DNA of 64,000 nucleotides from assembly GCA_021432655.1 (NCBI GenBank), contig MU271324.1, positions 1-64,000 on the forward strand, written 5' to 3'. Each line of letters opens with the position of its first letter. Positions within the stretch are counted from its first letter, which is position 1. Positions 38,313-52,800 of the stretch are shown here, in pieces. The translations under genes were made by a program, and so were the position numbers. This stretch comes from Atractiella rhizophila (taxonomy: Eukaryota). Under the pieces are notes generated by a model. It did no database searches. It was given only the letters and a program-made list of their open reading frames with translations, and was not told the origin of the DNA.

Positions 38313-39488
38313 CTACAAGTTCTTCTCCTTCAAGATCCCATCCATTTCCCACTCCACATCATCAAATATGTCCCTCTCACTCTTCCCGTGCCATCCCAAC
38401 TTTCTCAACCTGGTCGCTTTACTCCTACTATTCCCACTAAACAGAACGATATCCTCCCTCCGCCCTCCAAACAAGTCCCTCTCAAATTTCCTTGCGCTCC
38501 CGTCCTTCAACCTTCCTCTCTTTTCCAATGCCTTCCCAACAGCGGTAGCTATGTCCTTCCACTTGTGTTCGCCCGTTTCGGCGAAGTAGTAGAGGGAGGA
38601 GAGATCCGGAGCGGAAGAGAGAAGGTTTGTGAGGATCAACAGGTAGCCGTCTACAAGTGCTTGGACGGAAACGTTATCTGTTTCATACCTTCATTAGTTG
38701 AGCTCGCGAAACTATGCAATGGACCACGTACTCCAGTATGCTTCTCCTTTTCCCCAATAACCAGAGTATCCTTCTTTAATCTGGTTCGCTATGAGATTAG
38801 CTCTCCAAGTCGAAAGCGAGTACATACCGCCAACTCTGTGAGGGCAGGAATCTGTATACTGCGCTGATTGAACGGTCCCTCTCCCTTCCCATAAATGAGC
38901 GGAGGAAGGACGATCTGAATCCTAGCACCTTCTCCACCCTTCTTCTCATCCACGAACTGCTTGATCTCCAAGTCGATGTCGCGATGCAGGTTCTCAGTCG
39001 TCAATCTCTCATCCATCGCTGAAGGCGTGCAGTCGTCGTAGACGTATGTGGACTCTTCACCATCGTCCATGTTGCAGAGGACACCGGCACCGCTCGTATG
39101 GATGTAGATGATTGATTTGGATAGGTCCGAGCGGGAGGCGATGCCTGCCAGGATGGCTTTGACGGAAGGGAGGTCATCTGCTGTCGCCGTGTGGATTATC
39201 TACTGCCAAAATTAGTCAGATTCTTCATTGCAGGATAGAATGAGATAGATGGATTAGATTGATGGGACATACTACGTCGCTCTTCATCGCTTGTTCTTTG
39301 ATCACGTCGAAATCTGCCAAGGAACCCTTAATCGGAGTAACACCCAAACCTTTCAAGACGGTAGCCTGTTCATCCTTCCTTGTGAGGGCCGAAAAGTCAA
39401 ACTCCTCCTTGTGCATTTCAAGGAGGCGGATGAGGAGCGTGCCGCCGATGAAACCTGTACCTATGAGGAAGAGGGACTGTTTAGGCAT
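38313..39488 (-). CDS. NAD(P)-binding atypical SDR / epimerase-dehydratase family protein
   Basis: LIGTGFIGG, IIHTATADDLPSV, IYIHTSG, PPLIYGKG, FSGNSRSKATRLRKLGW. Confidence 0.9.
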
Positions 39489-40868
39489 CTTGCCTCGGAC
39501 CGTTTTCGAAATGGGGCAGGTTTGTGGAGACGGTGAGTTTTGAGCGAAGGAATGGGAAAGAAGCGGGTTTTTTGTACATACTTGAGAAACGACCAGCGCC
39601 ACAATGTTGTCCCCTCCCTCAGCAGTTGAAAACGGAAGAAGGAAGAGGTGTGGGTGCTTGAAGCTGAGGGTGTCTGTGTGAGACAATGTCATCATGAATG
39701 GTTCCTACATGATCTTTGCTGTGTGTCTCTGGACTCCCAGCAGCCACAATTACAAACAAGACAGAGGGTATCTTATCTTCTCTCGATGCCAAGCAGCCAC
39801 GAACAACAAACAGGAGAGGGTTCGGCCATGGAAGGACGCAGAACCAGTGGGTCACAACACCTTCAAACCTGTCAGTGATGCGATCAATCCGTCGAGGACT
39901 TTCGTACAGCATCTCTCGCGCATCCCGTACCTAGAGCGTTTGCAACGACCTCTGCCTGTATGGCTTCACTGGGGGTAAAGCTTGGACAATACGTAGAGCT
40001 GGCCTGACCAGCGCTATCAGGCTGACAAGGTCTGCCTGCATCCTAAGGTAGACGTAAGCCTGCGCTAGGAGCCTGTCAAGAAACCCATCCCAGTCGAGGC
40101 GAAGTTTCGAAGCACAAGAGCATCATATTGAGTTGACGCAGACACATGTAACGCGCATGCTATGTAACGGCCCAACCCCATGGACGGAACACGAAAGAGA
40201 TACTCAAGTATTGTCGGACAAAATACTGCTGAGACAAGCTGCTACAGACTGAGAATGTAAAGGAAAAATAGAGGATATTCTTCAGCAATGCCGTGTTCAA
40301 TATGAAATATGAAGATATGCTAATTGGTTTGATTTTTTTGGCTTAGAACACAGATGAGGCAGATGAGGCAAAGAGCATGAGCAAGAGATCCTTTGTCCCT
40401 CGAATTTGACAATCATTGTGACGACGAGGCTGTTGCAGGCATAGAAGGTTGCATGACCCATATATTGTACCACTGACCCTGATCAGAACACGTTCCATTC
40501 CCCCCTTCTTGTCGCAGGCTCTTGAAGCTCGAAGAACACTGCACCATTACACCATTTCTGCGAATCGAATATACATGATTCTCCTCATAAGTCGCTTCGC
40601 AACACTGCGAGTCACAATGAAGCAGTGAATTAGGTAGGACGGAAATCGTAAAGCTGTATGGATGGGCGAGTCGACGGGTCTCCGGTGCTTTCTCCTCGTT
40701 CTCCTTCTTTAAATGGTGAAGCAGCTGTTCAGCGTTCAGGAGATTTGTTAGCAGACTTGTTGATACCTTCGCTCGCACGGGGACGAACGTGACTCTCGCG
40801 GTGAATCTGATCTTGGCCATCAAAACGACGATCAGCCGCTTCTTCTGTCCCTCTCTCTCATCCACGCC

Positions 40869-43580
40869 ATGGTCAGTTGCTTTCCTCACTCAGCCCCTCC
40901 GTGGACAGGTCAGTAGAGAGCTGAAGTCATGTGCACAACAGTCTGGACCTCCACTCCCTCCCGTCCCCATGGGACTCAGATCTGTCTCCCCAAACCCTGC
41001 GCCAAAGCCATACCACCAGCAGAGCTACCACGCATACCAGCCTCCCCAGCAACAGCAACACGCCTATGCCGGTCCACCAGGCAGCGCACCTCCCGTCCCT
41101 CCTCCTCCTCCGGACTTCCTCAGACATGCCGCGGAGGAGCAGAAGAAGGATTACTACGGACCGACCCCTGGACCAGGTGGGATGCTCGCTCCCCAGCCGA
41201 GGAGACAGTACAATAACACCGAGATGGGATTCAATGCTCCAGGTGCATTCGGAGCTGGTGGCGCGGCACCTGTGATTCAGCAGTGGGAGGATCGAAGGGC
41301 GGTGAGTGCTCAAGGATCCTATCCCGGTGGAGGTGGTGGAGGAGCAGGCGGATACGGTGGACCATCGCCCCTTCCGCCTCCTGGTGCGCATCAAAATGCA
41401 TATCATTCCGAACCGAACTCTCCGCCGCTAAACCAACCTGTTCCCAACCTCCAAGTCTCCTCCCCTCCCGCAGGCTTCGCCATCAACCCACACGCGCCCA
41501 ATCCGAACCCGAACTACCCTCCCACTCAGGCCCAACTCTACCCTTCACCACTTCAACCTTCCCAACATCCCGTGCACCGTCCTCAATCCGAATACTTCCC
41601 TTCCACCAGTCCTCCTTCCGACGCTTCAGCTCCGGTGGCCCGCCCTCCACGTGTAGCTTCCATGGTCCTCGACCAACCGAGCGCCGCGCCATCATCCGCT
41701 TCCACACTCAGCGGCGCAACGACCGCAGCCCCGACTCCCACCCCCGGACCAAAAGAAGGGGAGATCGCTGTGCCTCTTCCGACGATTGAGGACCTGGCGG
41801 TTCAGAGGGAGAGAGCGATGAGGGAGGGGGAGGAACAGAAGGTTATGTGGAGTCGAGAGGTGCTCAAGTTCATCGAACGCTTCCAATCTTCAGCCGCTTC
41901 CTCTTCTCCCAATTCCCCAGAGGCCGGACGCATCACGGACCCTCAGTTGGTGAGGTGGACGGACGAGGCGCTTAAATTCATACTCGGCTCTTCTCTTCCT
42001 CTCGCTACCTATTTACAGGGAGAACTGAGCTCGACGGGATCGTTCCCCAGTTATAGACAGAAGGATTTGAAGGTCGCTTTTAGAGAGTTTGAGGCGGCAG
42101 CGAATAAAGGTTGGCCCAGAGCTTGGTTCAGGATTGGGAGGGAGTATGAGACGTTTGGAGATTCTGGAAGGGCGGTGATGGCTTTTGAGAATGGAAGGAA
42201 GAAGGGAGATTGCGGCTGCATCTACGTGCGTTCCCCTCACTCTCCCTTTCATTCGCTCAAGCATGTAAGATGATGGTGAGCTAACGGACTATGGTTGGAT
42301 GGGTGAAGCGTCTAGGAATGGCTTACCTCCTCGGCCAACTTGGAAGAAACCCAGACCCCTCCCGCGCCGTCCGACTGCTCAAACAAGCAGCAGACCTTTC
42401 AGACCTCGACTTCCCGCAACCAGCTTACATCTACGGTATGCTCCTCGCCGGAGAATTCGAGCACGTCACCATCCCGCCCACCGTTCTCTCCCAAGACATC
42501 AACCTCGCTCGAACCTACATCCAAAAGTCAGCTTACTACCGTTACCCCGCCGCCGAATACAAGATGGGCTTCTCAGCCGAATACGCCCTCTTAGGCGTCC
42601 CATTCGACCCTCTGCTCTCCGTTCAGTATTATAGTCTGGCCAGTCAGCAAGGCGAGGTTGAGGCTGATATGGCGCTCAGTAAATGGTTCCTCTGTGGCGC
42701 GGAAGGCAGCTTTGCGGTCAATGAAGATTTGGCGTTTACGTTTGCGGAGAAGAGCGCGAGGAAGGGTCTGCCCAGTGCTGAGTTTGCGATCGGGTATTAT
42801 TTCGAGGTTGGGATTGGGTGTACGAAGGATGTGCAGGCTGCGAGGAAGTGGTACGAGCTCGTACGTCCCCTTCATCCCTAGCCCGCTTCTGTATGTTGAT
42901 TAAAGGTGTTGTTCTGCGTCGGTTAGGCATCCAATCATGGGAATGAGGACGCGAAGCAACGTCTGGCTGCTCTCAGTCAAGGAGAGGCGAATGCGCTCTC
43001 GAGGAACGAACATGCGAGCTTGACGGAGGATAAGTTGGTGAGGAAGCGGACACAGGCTCAACAGCGGAGTCGAAGGGAGGACTTAGCGACGAAGAGTGGG
43101 ATGGCGACCATTTCAGAAGATGGGCCTCCTCCAGCTGGCGGGTTCGCACCTGCCAATTACGGCGGAGGAAATGGAGGCGGGGGAGGGCAACAAGGGAACG
43201 TTTTGAGGAGGGGAGATACGATGAGACAGGTGGAACGCTTGGCCAGGTTGGCGAAACAGAGCAATTCCCAGGCTCCACCTCCCTCCCACGGTCCATCACA
43301 ATCATACCCCCAACCTCAACAACAGAATCAGCGTCCGTATCAACAGCAACAGCAACAGCAACAGAAGCCGCAGCCCGCGAAACATTATTCTCTATCGGAT
43401 AGTGGACCGGTGCCTAAGCACCAGCAGCAGGGAGGACATCCGCCTCATCATTCTAACACCTCCCCGCCTGGTCCAGCTCCCATCGCTCAGCAGCCTGCGC
43501 CTCCAAAGGGACCGGAAACTTTTGCGGAGATGGGAATCGCGACGGGAAAGGCGAAGGGAGACGACTGTGTTGTTATGTGA
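40869..43580 (+). CDS. Sel1-repeat chitin synthase activator (Chs4/Skt5-like) with CaaX end
   Basis: Pro/Gln-rich N-terminus; Sel1 repeats 'RLGMAYLLGQLG', 'FDPLLSVQYYSLASQQGEVEADMALSKWFLCGAEG', 'AEFAIGYYFEVG'; ends 'ETFAEMGI..DDCVVM*'. The first exon appears to be ATG only (intron 40872-40941). Confidence 0.92.
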
Positions 43581-44989
43581 TTGGCTGGATTGGAGAAAAA
43601 TCGGATTGGGGGTGCTTCTCGAACTTTTTGTGCTGAAAATTGGTCTGTGAGATGAAAATGCCTGCTTTTATTTGATTGATTTGGTTTGAACGGTCTGAGT
43701 GTACGCTTTAGAATACCACGTAGTGTAATTCGTCGTTTTCTTCCACATTGCTTCGAAGCAAGAAATTGGCCATCATCATTGCCAGTGCAGGATAGATTAA
43801 ATAAGACAGTGACCACAAGTTTGTCATAAGTCGAAAAACATGTCGGCACTATTCACAGTCTGTTGCCACGAAGCCAATTCGTCTTCGAGATCCCCTCTGA
43901 GATCAGTGATAAAGCGATTGTTTCGTTTCGTTTGCCAGGGTGTCCAACCTGCAATAGCGAGTCATTAAGTCATTGTCCGCTAAACATTGAAATGCGGCAT
44001 GATGAGCGGTTCCGGTTATGTTCCATGAAAATGATATCCTTAACGTTTTTGACGTTTGTTCTCAATGTCACGGTTGTGTGATTTTACGGTGGTTGTGGGT
44101 TTGAAGATTCGAGTGTTCAACGCTCAGAACTCATGGACACAAGAAAAGGTGTGAGGTTGGTTCCTTCTGTCAGAGTTTGTAGCAGAACCGAAGGGAGAGA
44201 CTTCGTCGGTGCCCTCGACCGTGTGCAGTTGATCCAAGCGCTTAAGCACCGACCTCTGGCTCTGTTATGTCCAGTTTGCTCGATCGATTCCTGGAGAAAT
44301 CATTGCTTCCTTGATAAATCCAACTCATTTAACGGCCCATGAACATTTCATTCAGCTCATGTTGGTGCAATTGCTACTACCAACCATTCTGGTCATAACC
44401 TCATACATACGAATGAGAGGCGATTGGCACCTTCGTGGAGACGAAAGGAGGTCATAACGCTTAAAGAATGTAACTCTCCATGCAGAGATGCAGGTCGGTG
44501 CTCCATTGAACTAATGATTTAGCTCCTTTGGTATTTCCATCACGTCTTAGAATCAAGACGGGTCATGGAGTTTTAGCAAAAACTTTCTTAGAGTAGACCC
44601 TGTTTTCAAACCGACTCTTTGCTTGTGGTACAATCGCGGAGAGAATGGTTGTCTTCAGGGGCCCGCAGCCTGAACCTTGAGCTTTATCTAAGGTTGCGTG
44701 ATACGATGAGCAGGTCAGTTTCGGTCAGAGGATGGGGAAGTCCGGTTGCCCTTCCCGCTTCCCACGCATACCTTCAATTTGAAGACTTCACCAGTGGGTT
44801 TCTGGGTCTTCACGGTAGTCTCGTACTCCGTTCAGAACGGCGCTTGGAATGCCAGGCGGATATCAGAAGAAGGAGACTGCAAAGCGTCCCACTTCTCTGT
44901 CGACGAATCTTTTCTGGCTCGACTTACATTTGCTGCAACCAGACGCGGTAACTACTTCGAAAACTATCTCGTCTTAAGTACAAGGCGGA

Positions 44990-47900
44990 ATGCTGTCCAT
45001 CGTAGAAGTTGCTACATTGATCAACTTCGGTATGCCAGTCTGCCCAACTCCTAGGGTTTCTAATGCTGCGATAGGGGTAGTATGTGTTCAGCTTACTCTC
45101 GGTTTGGGTGTGTACTGCCTTCCAACGTTCTAAAAGTTTGGCATGGACTATCTGCTATCGCAGGTCTCGTCCTTTGTCTTGTTTCTTTTATCAAGACCAC
45201 CGACTCCGCTGTAACCTGGTCAAACGTGGCCAGAACGCTTCAATCGTCCTACTGGCCGAACATTCTATTTACCGATTCAACTGCCACCACAGGGTTATCG
45301 CCGCGCATTCACCTTTTCAACGTTGTGACGTTGACTTCATGGGGGCTTGTGGCAGTTGCTGGTGCGTCCAAGGATCGCCATATACATGCCACGTCCTTGA
45401 CGTTAATAACAGGTGTGATCACGCCACTGGGGCTAAACATTGGGACAAAGCAAGGAACCAGAAGAACTGTCAGCACAAGATATGTGAACGACAACAGCAT
45501 TACTGGGCGAGCCATGGCACCCAGGGATGATTACCGGCAGGGACGATTATGCAAGTTTGGAGTCCGTTGTCCCGGCCAGTTCAACTCGCACGGAGTGGTA
45601 CCTTGGAACATTTCCACCAAGTTCTCGGAAGAGTACTCAACATTATCAATGCAGTTTCGCAAGTGAGTCTGTCTGCAAGTGATGGCCAGCAAGATGAACG
45701 GGCAACAGCTTTTTCAACGGCCAATTCAACGACAAATACCCCAACAACACGACATTATCCATAGGCTTCTTAGGCCAAACCGAGTCGTTCATCCTTCGGG
45801 ATGACATCTTTGCCATCGAAGGTCCGTTACTTTAGCATTTAGCCGCTTTGATTGATAGATACAACAGGTGCCGTTGTTGACATGAGAGAACGCCCTGGCA
45901 TTGGCTTTTTGAATCACAGCCTGCCGGCAATTGACAACGACGGCGCGACTTGGACAAGAGACGTTCTCTGGCTTAAACCCGTACAACCCTTTCTTTGGTG
46001 TGAGGGACAACCTCAGGACTAAACGTAATCTCTAGATTACGGAATGCACAAACACCAACATCACCTTCGAATACACGACAGAAAATTATCCTTCCATCTC
46101 TTGGAATGTGACAATGGTGGATCATGGAGGGTTCTGGAACTTGTACGGATCCTCCCCCTGTTTTCAAAGCTGATGAGGTATAGGACAAGAGAAGGATTTC
46201 AGAGCAAAGATATTCAGGAAGGTGAACAACTTAACCTTGGAGAGAAGGCTCGGAAAGCTGCTATCAACTTGAACGGACTGCTGATGCTCTCCCAAAACAT
46301 TTCTCAGAATGAAACATATCAAGGATATCGAGTGGAGGTGGAACGATTTAACACCATCTTCAACTTCGGTACCTTAGGCTTCAACAAGTTTGACGATCTA
46401 TTTGAGTTCAGTAGTAACTTTTCAGATGAAAACTCGTTTAGAAACCGAGCCAGAAGACAAGAAGAGTTGTGTACGGGTTTGGGATACTATGGTGATATCC
46501 CTGTAGGCCCTGTTGCCGGTTAGTCTATTCCATCATTTTACATCTGCTGAAATCTGCTCCAAGTTAGTTGTTGTTACATGCTTGGTCCACCTAACCGGCT
46601 AGATCACGGCGATTCCAGACGACAAGAAGGAAATTTGACCTGGTATCAACCCTTGCATGTCTGCGCTTCTGCCGCGAGATTGGTGATTCAAAATATTGAG
46701 TTCTCCTATAATACGTCACATCCCAACATTTCTACTATCAAGGTGAAGCGAGATCCGGAAAATATTCAAAAAAACGTTTTGTGGGGGATGGAGAAGCTCA
46801 GTGGATGGAACGTTAGCTTGATCGATCCTATCTATGGAAGGATCAACGACAAATGGTGTGTTATGACCCTTTTCAATAGAAACGGTGCTGAATAGTGTGT
46901 AAGGGAGAATCATCCTGACCTCAAAGTTAAGAGAAACGATTGGTTATACGTTCCCGCAGGTTCACTTCTCGCTGCTCATTGTTATCCGGCCCCACCCCTT
47001 AACATAGCGTGCAGGATCGAGCGATGTTTCTCACGATGTGAATCTTCAAGGTGGGAGTCGTTGTACAATACTTTCTGGTTCATTGATGAGATGATGCCTT
47101 TGTGTCTAGCGACCAATATGCTAGGTGTTGCCTGGACTGGCAGGTACGACAACTTTGTGGCAAAGTCCTGGATGGGAGACCAACAACTATTCCAATTCGA
47201 TGGTTCTTCCAACTTTGCCATGAAAACAAAATGGCAGAAGTACTATCTTGAGGGTCCCGACACTGCCCCTGTCTGTCATCCCTACACTAAAAATACTAAC
47301 GATGATTGACACCCCCCGTCTCCTTCTAGGCTAAGATATCAAACCTCATCTTTGTCGACGTAATCGCAAACAACGTAGTTGGAACCGCATCTGCCGACAC
47401 TCTCATCGTTATACCTAGCGATAAAGCGATTACTTATGACATTGTATACGCTACACCGGCAATCCTACTCCTTACGCTTTGGGTGGTAATTATGCTGTAC
47501 ACCGCCGTCCTATTACTAACAGGGAAAGTGAGGATTGGTTATTGTACGTCCTTACTCCTTGCACAGGCTTAGTGGCAACACATCTAACTCATAACAGTGC
47601 GCTACCTGCTCAACCAAACGTCTGTGGGAAGAATAGCCATGGGTGACTCTGACCTTCGCATGGTAATAGTAGCGGAGGAGGCGAATATCACAGACGTTTC
47701 CTCCAGCAAGGGAACCGCACATACGGCCGCCTCAACATTGAGACAAAGTAAAGCATCAACCTCGTTCGACGAAGGATCTCACGACAACCTAACTGCCTTC
47801 GAATTACGTCCACGGATGAACACCAAAAAGTGGATCAAATCTGGAGGAAGTACGACTCTCCTTTCGGTGTCAAATCGCGCGATCGCCGGGGGAAGTGACG

Positions 47901-48070
47901 GACGGGAGAGCCTATCGGTTTTATCTTTCCACGATTCGTCCGTGAAGCAGCTCGAGGAATCCATGTCCTTCCTTACACCAAATGATACGGATCTTGTTGT
48001 CTCACCTCAAGAGAAGTACGGCGATTCTCCCAGGGATCGATGGAGGCACTCCGTCCCTCTCCAGCATAAA
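44990..48070 (+). CDS. Uncharacterised fungal membrane protein, paralog A
   Basis: MLSIVEVATLINF.., 'TWSNVARTLQSSYWPNILFTDS', 'GVITPLGL', 'GIGFLNHSLP..GATW..WLKP', multiple N-x-S/T sites, late TM 'PAILLLTLWVVIML', 'RYLLNQTSVGR'; about 13 introns. Confidence 0.75.
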
Positions 48071-48886
48071 TGATTTCGCTCACAAGTGGCAACCGATTAG
48101 CATCAAGGAAAGGAAGACAAATCGATGTGGTGGTGAGCCAGCATGTACCCGCTTTTTGTTCCCGTCCTTGTCCTTCCTTGTATTCAAGTGAAAAAGGATG
48201 TCAACCTGTTCCAGAAAGACTAATAGCGCGAATGGCCCATTTAATAAATAGCTAAATGAAGGTTTTGTTTACATCACATGTGATTGCAGAAAGATCAGAC
48301 TGCGGTGCAACCTTTATGTTGAAAACCAGTATGCGCTGAGAAAATCCCTGAAAACGCCTGCTATGGTTTGATGGATTCGGACATCGCGCCGAGCTTACGA
48401 TGCGCTCTAATCGAAATTGTACGCCGTGCTGCCACAAGAGCGCGAGGTTGCAAACTTCTGCGCTTCAGGTTCAGCTTTTCGTATTATCCAATCTTCAATG
48501 TATGGGCCAGCCCAACTGCAGCTGTACCATGTTGCATCCTTCTTCCTACGGCAGCTACAAGATATAAGACAAAGCCAGGTCAGTCCGGGGCGACGGCTAT
48601 GCCTCTCGCAAGTCTCCAAGCGGTTACAAACATCACACAAGTGGCATGCTTGCTTGCGAATTGGCTTTGAACGTCAGATCGTTAAAGTTCATGCTAACGC
48701 CCCTTTGTTTTCCACACTCCCTTTGTTCTCCACTCTGCTCAAACCTCGTCTGTTTATGCCATGGCGCCATGAAAATACTTATATATCATGGGCTTGGAAA
48801 GGGATTCACTCCGGCTCGACTGAGCTGCAGTCAGCGCCTTCACCCATTTACAATACCGTCAGGTCTCGATCGACTGAAGGTGAAGA

Positions 48887-51500
48887 ATGTTGTCCATTGC
48901 ACAAGTCGCTACATTGATCAACTTTGGCAAGTTCAGTGTCTCAGTCATCAGGCTGTTGCTCCTAACCACACGATAGGGGTAGTATGCGTGCAGGTTACTA
49001 TCGGTTTGGGTATGTCGTCGCTTTCCGACGCTTTATGAAGGTGACATGATCTTCCACTTCCACTGTAGGCCTCGTAGTTTGCCTCGTTTCTTTTATCAGG
49101 GCAACCGACTCCGCCGTAACCTGGTCAAACATTGCCAGAACCCTTCACTCGTCCTACTGGCCCAATATTTTATTTACCGATTCAACTGCCACCACAGGAT
49201 TGTCGCGCCGCATCCACTTTTTCAATGCAATAGTGCTGATCTCATGGATACTTATAGCCATTGCTGGTGAGCCTAACGATCTTCCTTTATATGCACACTC
49301 TTAACCTCAAAAATAGGCGTAATCACGCCTCTAGGCCTAGCCATCGGGATCAAGGAAGGAGCGAGGCGAGCTGTGGGCACTAGATACGTGAAAGACGACA
49401 GCAGTACTGGGAGAGCCATGGCTCCCAGAGATGACTATCACGCAGGGCGATTTTGCTCAGGCGGATTGCACTGTCCCGGCCAGCTTAACTACTATGGATT
49501 AGTGCCTCAGAACATTTCCACCAAGTTCTCAGCGGAGTACTCAACTTTAGCACTGCAGTTTCGCAAGCAAGTCCCCCTGCAAGTGACAGTTCGAAGTTGA
49601 ACTGGGCAACAGTTTCTTCGGCGGCAAATTCAAGCAAAACGACCTTAACGGCACGTCAATATCCATGGGGTACCTAGGACAAACCGAATCATTCGTCCTT
49701 CGGGATGACATCTTTGCCATCGAAGGTCTGTTGTATCAACATTCGGCCCTCTTTAGTGATGGATACAGCAGGTGCGGTCGTTGACATGAGAGAACGTCGC
49801 GCTGGGATTGGCTTTTTGAATCACAGCCTGCCAGCTATTGACAACGAAGGCGCTTCTTGGACAAGGGACATTCTCTGGCTTGAACCAGTAAAATCTTTCT
49901 TTGGTGTAAGGATAACCTCAGGACTGAAGCTAGTATCTAGATTACGGAATGCACAGATACCAATATCACCTTCGAATACACAACAGAAGATTTTCTTTCC
50001 CTTCCTCAGAATATAACTTTGGTAGATCATGGCGGGTTCTGGAACCTGTATGGGCTCTATGGTCCTTTCCGAAGCTGACAACCTGCAGGACAGGACAAGA
50101 GTTGGAGGACAAGGATATTCACGATGACCAACAGCTTAACCTTAGAGAGAAAACCCGGAAAACTGCTATCAACATGAACAGACTGCTAATGCTTTCTCTA
50201 AACATTTCGCAAAATGAAACATTTGAAGGATATCAAACAACATTAGATGGATTTACCACCACCCTCAACTTCGGTACCTTGGCATTCAACGAGTTTACAG
50301 ATCTATTTTATGTCGATAGTGCTGCCGACTTCTGGGCTCTGGAGTTTAATGGTAAAGCCTGGGAACAAGAAGAGTTGTGTAGGGGTTATGCATATGACGG
50401 AAGTATCCCCGTGGGACCTGTTGCCGGTTCGTCTATATGTCCATCATTTTAAATCTGCTGAAGTCTGCTCCAAGTTAGTTGTTGTTACATGCTTGGTCCA
50501 CCCAACCGGCTAGATCATGGCGATTCGAGACAACAAGAGGTTAATTTGACCTGGTACCAACCCTGGCATGTTTGCGCTTCCGTTGCAAGATTGACGATAC
50601 AAAAAGTTGGTTTCACCTATAATGCGACTCATCCAAACATTTCAACGATCAAGGTCGAACGAGATCCAGAAAATATCGAAAAAAACGTTTTGTGGGGGAT
50701 GGAGAAACTCGCTGGATGGAACGTTGGCTCGATTAGCCCTTTTTATGGCAAGGTCAACGATGAATGGCGTGTGACCAAGATTTTCAATGACGATGGACTG
50801 ACTTGTATGACAGGGAGAATTGTCCTGACCTCATCGTTAAACGAGACGATTGGTTCTACGTTCCTGCAGGCTCGCTTTCCTGCTCGCGATTGTCCTTCCC
50901 GAAGCTCACTAGCATTATGCAGGATCCAATGACGTCATCGACGTCACCTCATCTTTAGATTTTCAAGGTGGGAGTTGCTCCACTTCGCGACTTTCCGGCG
51001 GCACTGATGAACTGGGGTCTATCATTAGCAAGCGATATGCTAGGTATTGCTTGGGCTGGCAGGTATGACAACTTTGTGGCAAAGTCCTGGACTGGAGACC
51101 AACGACTTTTTCAAATCGACGGCGCTTCCAACTTTGCCATGCGAACGAAGTGGCAGAACTACTACCTAGAGAGCACCGATACTGCCCCAGTCTGTCATTC
51201 CCACTGCCTCGTATCCTTAGGAGCGAATATTGATGAGTTCTCTTCTTCCTAGGCCGCGATATCGAACCTCGTCTTTATCGACGTGATTGCAAACAACGTA
51301 GTAGGAACCACTTCCGCTGACAATCTCATTGTCATACCTAGCGATAAATCGATCACGTACGACGTTGTATACGCTATACCTGCGATCCTGCTCCTTGCCC
51401 TTTGGGGGTTAATTATGCTTTACACCTTCGTTCTATTGGTGACAGGCAAGGTGAGACTTGGATATTGTACGTCCCAACTTTCTCCGGAACTTCATTAGCG
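48887..51500 (+). CDS. Uncharacterised fungal membrane protein, paralog B (3' end missing or replaced)
   Basis: Collinear with paralog A at conserved intron positions; homology stops after 'GKVRLGY' and the intron start (~51470-51520). Confidence 0.7.
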
Positions 51501-51594
51501 AGCAGACTATGGATCTGACGTGTCGGAGACGGTGTACTAGCTGACTGCTTGCGGAGGCGGAGGAGATGAAAGGAGCTGGAGCAGTTAGGTCATT

Positions 51595-52800
51595 TCTGAT
51601 GACCAAAATTCGCTTTCATGGGTCAAATTCGCGATGCGCCGCGTTCCCAATCATGATGCGCAAGCAAGGATCTCACGAGACACCACTCTGTCTTCCTTTC
51701 TTTCCTATGTTCGACTTGCAAAAGAATGGATGCAGGATCCACGCAAGAACATCTGTGGTACCAATGTCTGTGCATGGGCAAGAACGCAGATGTCATTATC
51801 AAGATCCTACAGTATCGTCTAGAGTCACGAAACTGCAATAGTCGCTGCTGGTACGTCTCCACCTCTCCTCTCTCGTCTCACTTGCTAAAGAAAATGAACA
51901 TAGTTTGACACAAAGTCATCCACTCAAGAAGGGAGATCGCGTCGCATTTGAGCCAGGAGAGAGACTCTTAGGACATGTCATGACTGCAAGGCGGGAAGGT
52001 ATGAGCTATGCCCTTCCATCAAGTTCGTCGTGACCCGCCTTTCGTGAGTATTCCTCTTCCTTCTGTGGTACATGTTTGGGTTCAAACTCATTGGATGGCA
52101 GGACGGAACTCTCCGCGGGTCTACGAGCTCCAAGGCGACCTGTACGATCTGTCCCTCCCGTCTACTCCTCTCTCCGATCGCTAACTTTGACTTATCATGT
52201 CTGCAGTGGAAGCGTCTACACTTCCGGATGTGCTTTCGATTCCCTGCTCGCAGGGATTATCTTGTAAAGCAACACCGACTGGACTGAACGTTTCCCTAGA
52301 AGAAGGAGCGATGGTCGAACCGCTCTCCGTGGCTGTCCAAAGCGTGGGACGTATCAATGGATGAAAGCTGGGTTGAACGTCGCCATCTGCGGATTCATCT
52401 TCCTCGCCCTTCTCCTCCTCCACCGGTAAAAGAAAACAATACTAACGGTGTTGTGAAGAGCTGATCTGTAGGAACCCTCGCACAGGCGGTCGCGAAGGCC
52501 TTTGCCGCTAGAACGATAATCGCCGTCGAGATTCAAGAGTGGTAGGATCACTTTGGCGAACAAAGGCGTGGGATCGAAGTTCATGCCCCCAGACGTGCGT
52601 CCAACTCTAACGTCTCTTATGCGTGACTTGTCTCATGTTTCCATTTCTTTTTGACCATCGTGTTTTTGCGTTTGTGGTTTCGCGAAGGAGGGAGAGCAGA
52701 GGATAGCGTACTCGAGGACGACCGCGAGGATCATGAAGAGGAGCTCAAGGTTGCATACTACGGATTGGAGGGTATCGACCTCCCCGTAGATAATACGGGA
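51595..52800 (+). pseudogene. Sorbitol/xylitol dehydrogenase pseudogene A (5' two-thirds)
   Basis: Broken frames give 'KKGDRVAFEPG', 'CHDCKAGRYELCPSIKF', 'NVSLEEGAMVEPLSVAVQSV', 'GLEGIDLPVDNTG'. Confidence 0.85.
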
